From: Alphaproteobacteria bacterium
GTDB lineage: Bacteria; Pseudomonadota; Alphaproteobacteria; UBA828
NCBI GenBank assembly: GCA_965221125.1
Contig: CBDCRW010000004.1
Coordinates: forward strand, 352,001-416,000
Length of the DNA: 64,000 nt
Direction of reading: 5' to 3'
Shown here: piece by piece, positions 56,478-64,000 of the stretch
Position numbering within the stretch: the first letter of the stretch is position 1
How the letters are laid out: each line of letters opens with the position of its first letter
The notes under the pieces: generated by a model
Told to the model about the DNA's origin: nothing
What the model saw: the letters and a program-made list of their open reading frames with translations, nothing else
Database searches by the model: none
Position numbers and translations under genes: made by a program

Positions 56478-57603
56478 GGTTTCTGCTCCTCGTCGAGCAC
56501 GAGATCGTCGCGGTGGATCATCTCGGCGCGGCCACGGTAGCCGAGGATCCGCTCTATTTCACGGGATTTGTGGCCGACGATACGGCGCGCATCGGCGGCG
56601 GAATAGGCGACCAGGCCGCGCCCGGCCTCGCCGCCCCGCTCGACCCTGATCGCCACGGCATCGCCGCGCTCGAACGCGCCCTCCACGGCCTGCACGCCCG
56701 CCGGCAGCAGGCTCCGGCCCTGGGCCAGCGCACGCCGGGCGCCTTCGTCGATGACGAGCACACCGCGCGGCTCCAGCGCGCTCGCGATCCAGCTTTTCCG
56801 CGCCGCCCGCGGCGATGCGGTGGAGACGAACCAGGTCGAGCGCGCGCCGGCTTCCAGCGCGGCGAGCGGGCGCTCCACGGCGCCCTTGGCGATCGCCATG
56901 TGGCAGCCCGCCGCCATCGCGTGCTTGGCAGCGGCGATCTTGGTCACCATCCCGCCGGCAGCGGTGGGCGTGCCGATGGTGCCCGCCATCGCCTCGATCT
57001 CCGGCGTGATGCGGTCCACCTTGGGGATCCAGCGGGCGTGCGCGTCGTGGCGCGGGTCGGACTCGTAGAGGCCGTCCACGTCCGAGAGCAGGACCAGCAG
57101 GTCGGCGCTCATCATCACGGCAACGCGGGCCGCGAGCCGGTCGTTGTCGCCGAAGCGGATCTCGTTGGTGGCGACGGTGTCGTTCTCGTTGATCACCGGC
57201 ACGGTGCCGAGCGCGAGCAGCGTGTTGGTCGTGCTGCGCGCGTTCAGATAGCGCCGGCGCGCCTCGGTGTCCTCGTGCGTCAGCAGAATCTGCGCCACCC
57301 CGATGCCGTGGCGGGCCAGCGCCGACTGGTAGGCGTGGGCGAGCCTGATCTGCCCGCAGGCCGCTGCCGCCTGCATCTCTTCGAGCCTGAGCGTCTCTGC
57401 CGCGAGCCCGAGGTGGCGGCGCCCGATCGCGATCGCGCCGGAGGAGACGATCAGCACGTCCTTGCCGCGCTCGCGCAGCCCGGCGACGTCGCGGGCGAGG
57501 CCATCCAGCCAGGTGTCGTCGAGCGCGCCGGTCGCAGGCTCGGTGAGCAGCGCGGAGCCGATCTTGACCACGACGCGCGCAGCGCTGGCGAGCGAGGGCT
57601 GCA

Positions 57604-57604
<1 letters not shown>
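56474..57604 (-). CDS. proB: Glutamate 5-kinase with PUA domain
   Basis: VKIGSA, SSGAI, INENDTV, FGDND, GGMVTK. Confidence 0.95.
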
Positions 57605-58671
<1,067 letters not shown>

Positions 58672-58929
58672 CTACGCGCTCGGCTCGACCGAGACGACCG
58701 TCTTCCCGCCGCCGCGCCGGGCGAACCGCACCTGCCCGCCAACCAGCGCGAAGAGCGTGTGATCGCGCCCGATTCCGACGTTCTCGCCGGGATGCCACTT
58801 GGTGCCGCGCTGGCGCGCGATGATGTTGCCCGGAATGACCGCCTCGCCGCCGAACTTCTTGATGCCGAGCCGGCGACCTGCCGTGTCCCGGCCGTTGCGC
58901 GAACTGCCGCCCGCCTTCTTATGCGCCAT
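58672..58929 (-). CDS. rpmA: 50S ribosomal protein L27
   Basis: [15 protein letters not shown]. Confidence 0.98.
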   Translation of the reverse strand: MAHKKAGGSSRNGRDTAGRRLGIKKFGGEAVIPGNIIARQRGTKWHPGENVGIGRDHTLFALVGGQVRFARRGGGKTVVSVEPSA

Positions 58930-59612
58930 CAGTTCTTCTCCTCAGCCGGCTCGTCCGCAGGTGACTCGGCGGTCTCCTCGGCCGGCGCGTCGGTCGTCTC
59001 GTCTGCCGCAGCTTCAGCTTCGGCTGCCTCGGCCGTCTCGGCCGCCGGCTCGTCGCTGGGGGCGGCTGGCTCCGCGGCCTCCGCCGCAGTCGTATCGGCG
59101 GCAGTCGCTTCGGCCTCGGTCGCGTCGGCCTCGGCCGCTTCGGCGGGCGCGGGCTGAGCCTCCTCGGCCTTCTTGGCGGCCGTCTTGCGCGTCCTGGGCT
59201 TGGCTGCCGACTTCGCCCTCGTCGTTCGCTTGCGCTTGGCCGGGGCCGCCTCGTCCGCGCCCTCGGCCTTCTTTTTCCGCCGCGCGCGCCGCTTCTGGCC
59301 GGCTGCCAGAATCTGCTCGATGCGCAGCACGGTGAGCTCCTGCCGGTGCCCCCGCTTGCGGCGATGGTTCTTCCGCCGCTTCTTGCGGAAGACGATGATC
59401 TTCTCGCCGCGCGTGTGCTCGACGACCGTGGCCGCCACCCGCGCGCCGTCTATGAGCGGCTGGCCGAGGGAGACGGTCTCGCCGTCGCTCATCGCCAGCA
59501 CCTCGCCCAGCTCGATCGTCTCGCCGGCCTCGGCCTTGAGCCGTTCCACCTGGATGACGTCGTCCGGCGCGACGCGGTATTGCTTCCCGCCAGAGCGAAC
59601 CACAGCGAACAT
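58929..59612 (-). CDS. rplU: 50S ribosomal protein L21 with a long C-terminal extension
   Basis: [14 protein letters not shown]...KRGHRQ; basic tail followed by an Ala/Glu-rich tail. Confidence 0.96.
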   Translation of the reverse strand: MFAVVRSGGKQYRVAPDDVIQVERLKAEAGETIELGEVLAMSDGETVSLGQPLIDGARVAATVVEHTRGEKIIVFRKKRRKNHRRKRGHRQELTVLRIEQILAAGQKRRARRKKKAEGADEAAPAKRKRTTRAKSAAKPRTRKTAAKKAEEAQPAPAEAAEADATEAEATAADTTAAEAAEPAAPSDEPAAETAEAAEAEAAADETTDAPAEETAESPADEPAEEKN

Positions 59613-59659
59613 GGCAACCGTCCGTGTTGGGGAGCGGGGTGCTCCCCGCAGCGGGGCGC

Positions 59660-59683
59660 ACTATAGGCCCGGTGCTCCTGCTG

Positions 59684-59687
<4 letters not shown>
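59660..59687 (-). promoter_or_regulatory. Putative sigma70 promoter of rplU-rpmA
   Basis: TTGACA-N16-TATAGT on the minus strand, overlapping the upstream gene's stop codon. Confidence 0.55.
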
Positions 59688-60730
<1,043 letters not shown>

Positions 60731-60777
60731 GGGGGGCGCCCGCTACCCGGCGCGGGGGCGGGGCATGCGCGCAACTC

Positions 60778-61518
60778 TCAGCGTTCGTCCCCGTCGTGCA
60801 GGATGCCGCCCGGGACTTCGCCGGTGGGCGTCAGCTCGATCGTGCCGATATTCACGTGGGCCGGCCGGGCCACGGCGTAGAGCACGGCGTCGGCGACATC
60901 CTCTGGGTCGAGCAGGCGGCAGCTTTCGAGGAAGGCGGCCCTCGCGGCCGCGTCGTCGCCATAGGCCCGGTCCGCGAACTCCGTGCGGGTGCTGCCGGGG
61001 CAGACCTCCGTCGCGCGCACGCCGGTGCCGTGCAGCTCGACCCGCAGGGTCTGGTGGAGCAGGTGCTGGCCGCCCTTGGTCGCGCCGTAGAGCGCCTGAC
61101 GAATGGGATAGAGCCCGCTGATCGAGCCGATGGTCACGACATGGCCGCGGCCGCGCGCGATCATGCCCGGCAGGACGAGGCGGCAGGCATGGAGCGAGAC
61201 CGTCAGGTTCGTGGCGACGGCCCGGTCGATCACGGCGGGGTCGACCTCCGCCACGGGCTCGGCGAAGCCGAGGCCGGTGGCGACGTTGTTGACGAGAACG
61301 TCGACCGCGAGGCCATCCAGCAGTCGGGTCAGCGCCTCCGTGTCGGTGGCATCGAAGGCATGCGCGTGACAACCGGTCTGCTCGGCGAGCGCCGCCAAGC
61401 GATCCACGCGGCGGGCGAGGGCGTGGACGCTCAATCCGGCGGCCGCCAGGGCGCGGACGACGGCCGCGCCGATGCCGCTCGACGCGCCGGTCACGAAGGC
61501 GGTCTCGTATCCGTTCAT
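60778..61518 (-). CDS. SDR oxidoreductase (YdfG-like)
   Basis: TGASSGIG, ARR, YGATK; start overlaps the AOR stop. Confidence 0.88.
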   Translation of the reverse strand: MNGYETAFVTGASSGIGAAVVRALAAAGLSVHALARRVDRLAALAEQTGCHAHAFDATDTEALTRLLDGLAVDVLVNNVATGLGFAEPVAEVDPAVIDRAVATNLTVSLHACRLVLPGMIARGRGHVVTIGSISGLYPIRQALYGATKGGQHLLHQTLRVELHGTGVRATEVCPGSTRTEFADRAYGDDAAARAAFLESCRLLDPEDVADAVLYAVARPAHVNIGTIELTPTGEVPGGILHDGDER

Positions 61519-63407
61519 GCGCCCCCCAGCGTCCATTCGAGATGATGGTCGTAGAGCGTGGCGGGCAGCGGGACGCCGGCGGCATCCCAGCCCATCATCT
61601 GGTAGTAGGTGTCGATCACCCGGCGGAAGGTGGCGCGATCCAGCTTCTGGCCCTTCTTGGGTCCCTCCGAGATCGCCTCGTCGAAGAAGCGGTCCGGCAG
61701 CGTGTCGTCCTCCGGACCCAGCCCCTCGCGGTTGTTGTAGACCCGGTAGAGGTGGTTGCGCCGCTCGCCGAAGCGCATGATCTCGTGGGACGAGGTCTCC
61801 CAACCCGTGACGGCGGCGAGCAGCTCGGCCATCTGACCCATGCTGAGCACGCGGGTGGGTGCCACAGCGAAGACGCAGAAGGAGAGCGCGTCCGCCGCCG
61901 ACCACAGCGTGTTGAGCGCCTTGTAGTTGCGCACTTTGTCGATGCCGAGGTGCTCCATCGGGATGCGCTCGTAGATGCCGAGCGTGCGCGAGAGCTCCAT
62001 CGCGTGCGGCCAGCCGACCTCGACATCGTAGTCCCAGTCATGCTCGCAGATGTCGTAGCGGGGGCCGATGGAGGCGACGGCGAAGCCGGTCGCGAGATTG
62101 GCCTGGCTGCGCGGCTCGAAGGGCACCATCTCCAAGCCCTTGACGTGCATGGCGTAGCGCTCGGCGCCGCCGCCGATCCGCTCGGCGGCACGCTTGGCGC
62201 CGTCCGCCAGCAGGTCGCCCGCGCCCTCCCGCAGCGCGATGCGCTCGATCATGGCTCTGGTCGCGTCGACGTTGCCGAAGCGGAGGTCGAGGCCGTCGAG
62301 ATCGCCGGCCGAGACGATGCCTTGCTCCATCAGCTCCATCGCGAGCGAGAGGGTGAAGCCGAGAGAGACCGGGTCCATGCCGAGCTCGTTGAGCCGCGTG
62401 TTGTGGGCGATCAGCGTGGCGACATCGGGCGTGCCGATGTTGGGGCCCATCGCGCCGGTCACCTCCTGGTGCATGGCGCTCGCGCGGACGTCGCCGTGCC
62501 CCGCCACGTGATAGACCTTCATGCAGTCGTTGGCGCAGCCGGGGCAGGGCGCGACGCCGCGGTAATGGGGCTCCCAGTTAGGCTTGGCGTAGTCGTCCAC
62601 CCGCTCGAATGTCGCCGTGCGGAAGTTGTTCACGTCGAGCGCCGCATCCAGCCCGTGATCGTGAACCCAGACGGCGAAACCCGGCCGCTCCTTCTGCCAG
62701 CGCGCCAGGATGTTGCCGGGGATGGCGGCGGCGAACTCGGCGCTGATGCGCCCGCAGGCGGCCTCGTCCGCCAGCGGCGGCGCTGTGCCGCCCTTGAGCA
62801 CAATCGCCTTCAGCATCTTGGCGCCCATCACGGCGCCCATGCCTAGGCGCTGGGCCTGGTGGGTGCGCCCGCTCACGATGCAGGCGAAGCGCACCCGGTT
62901 CTCGCCGGCCGGGCCGATGACGGCGATCTCGGCCTCAGCACCGAAGCGGCTCTCCAGCGCATCCGTCGCCCTGTCCGTCGTCTGCCCCCACTCTGCGGCG
63001 GCGTCGAAGAACGTCACCGCGCCGTCTTCGATCAGGAGGCCCGTGGAGCGCTCCGCCGCGCCGTGGAAGACGATGGCGTCATAGCCCGTCCGCTTCAACG
63101 CGATGCCCCAGGGGCCCTCGACGCGGGCCTCGCCGATGCCGCCGGTGAGCGGCGACTTGGCGCACACCACGTGGCGCACCAAGCCTGCGAGCGGATAGCC
63201 GCTGACGACGCCGTTGGCGAAGATCAGCAGGTTCTCCGGGCCCAGCGGGTCGATGCCCGGCGGCGTTCCCTCCAGCAGCAGGCGGGCGGCGAGCACGCCC
63301 GCGCCCCCGGTGATGCGGTACTCCAGGTCCGCGCGCTCCTCGACCCGGCTCGTCTCGCGGTCGAGGTCCACGTGCAGGAGCCTGCCGTGATAGCCGTACC
63401 GGCTCAT
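61515..63407 (-). CDS. Aldehyde:ferredoxin oxidoreductase family (W/Mo-pterin, 4Fe-4S)
   Basis: GYHGRLLHVDL, KSPLTG, IGPAGEN, GMGAVMGAK, CPGCANDC, HVKGLE, YYQMMGWD. Confidence 0.9.
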   Translation of the reverse strand: MSRYGYHGRLLHVDLDRETSRVEERADLEYRITGGAGVLAARLLLEGTPPGIDPLGPENLLIFANGVVSGYPLAGLVRHVVCAKSPLTGGIGEARVEGPWGIALKRTGYDAIVFHGAAERSTGLLIEDGAVTFFDAAAEWGQTTDRATDALESRFGAEAEIAVIGPAGENRVRFACIVSGRTHQAQRLGMGAVMGAKMLKAIVLKGGTAPPLADEAACGRISAEFAAAIPGNILARWQKERPGFAVWVHDHGLDAALDVNNFRTATFERVDDYAKPNWEPHYRGVAPCPGCANDCMKVYHVAGHGDVRASAMHQEVTGAMGPNIGTPDVATLIAHNTRLNELGMDPVSLGFTLSLAMELMEQGIVSAGDLDGLDLRFGNVDATRAMIERIALREGAGDLLADGAKRAAERIGGGAERYAMHVKGLEMVPFEPRSQANLATGFAVASIGPRYDICEHDWDYDVEVGWPHAMELSRTLGIYERIPMEHLGIDKVRNYKALNTLWSAADALSFCVFAVAPTRVLSMGQMAELLAAVTGWETSSHEIMRFGERRNHLYRVYNNREGLGPEDDTLPDRFFDEAISEGPKKGQKLDRATFRRVIDTYYQMMGWDAAGVPLPATLYDHHLEWTLGGA

Positions 63408-63431
63408 GGCGTCGTTCTCCCCAGGCAATTC

Positions 63432-64000
63432 TCAACGCGCAACGCGGGGCATCCAGCGCGTGGCGTAGCCTGCGACCAGCACCACCAGGCGGTCGGTCGC
63501 GAGCGCCACGAGGGTCACGTAGAAGATGCTGATGATGATGATGTCGAGACCCTGCGCCGTCAGCATCATCGAGAACACCTTGCCGATACCGACCGGCGCG
63601 CCGAGCAGCTCGGTCACGACGGCGATCCCCCAGGCGAGCGCGACGCCGACCCGGATGCCGCCCACAAGCTCAGGCATGATCGCCGGCAGCACGATGGTGC
63701 GGAACACCTGCCCGCGCGAGGCGCCCATGGTGCGCGCGTAGTGGATGTAGACTTGGGGCACGTTGCGGATCGCCTCCAGCGTGTTGATGACGATGGCGAG
63801 GAACATGTAGCCGATCAGCATCACGTACTGGGTCGTCGCCGTCGGGCCGAACCAGATCAGCAGCATCGGCGCGATGGCGAGCGGCGGGATCGCGCGCAGC
63901 ACCTCGATCGGCGGCTGGATGAAGTCGCGGAACTGGCGGATCCACCCCATCAGGAGGCCGACCGCAATCCCCATCGAAATGCCGATCACGCCGCCGATGC
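63432..64000 (-). CDS. Sulfonate/nitrate/taurine-type ABC permease (5' end truncated by the window)
   Basis: LRAIPPLA, ARTMGAS...VLPAIMP, ELLGA..GIG. Confidence 0.85.
   Translation of the reverse strand, partial: IGGVIGISMGIAVGLLMGWIRQFRDFIQPPIEVLRAIPPLAIAPMLLIWFGPTATTQYVMLIGYMFLAIVINTLEAIRNVPQVYIHYARTMGASRGQVFRTIVLPAIMPELVGGIRVGVALAWGIAVVTELLGAPVGIGKVFSMMLTAQGLDIIIISIFYVTLVALATDRLVVLVAGYATRWMPRVAR

Overview
GC-rich bacterial chromosomal segment, most consistent with an alphaproteobacterium (inferred from the rplU-rpmA-obgE-proB-proA-nadD-rsfS-rlmH gene order, etfB-etfA-hbd and the REP style). About 55 real CDS are present; most long Arg/Gly/Pro-rich ORFs in the track are shadows. Main blocks: oligopeptidase B; a frameshifted LLM oxidoreductase; a copper locus (sodC, cyt c, cueR, copA, cyt c); metY; an amidohydrolase/DUF59 pair divergent from a cyclase-COG0523-amidase-isochorismatase operon; an LLM-PhyH-HpaB-enamidase-like catabolic operon; a Phd/VapC toxin-antitoxin pair; a divergent LarA-family gene with a CxxC partner and an OYE flavoprotein; a sugar-type ABC importer; puuA/puuB-like genes with potFGHI; and an AOR-family oxidoreductase cluster. 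No CRISPR, rRNA, tRNA or transposase was recognised. The most notable observations are a three-copy multi-hairpin dispersed element with compensatory base changes (18996, 25949, 53451), the LarA-family locus with rewired active-site motifs, a 10-bp tandem array (24196-24339), an enamidase-like enzyme with altered metal ligands, and an apparent ATA start for rsfS. Family assignments come from motif recognition by eye, not from database searches.
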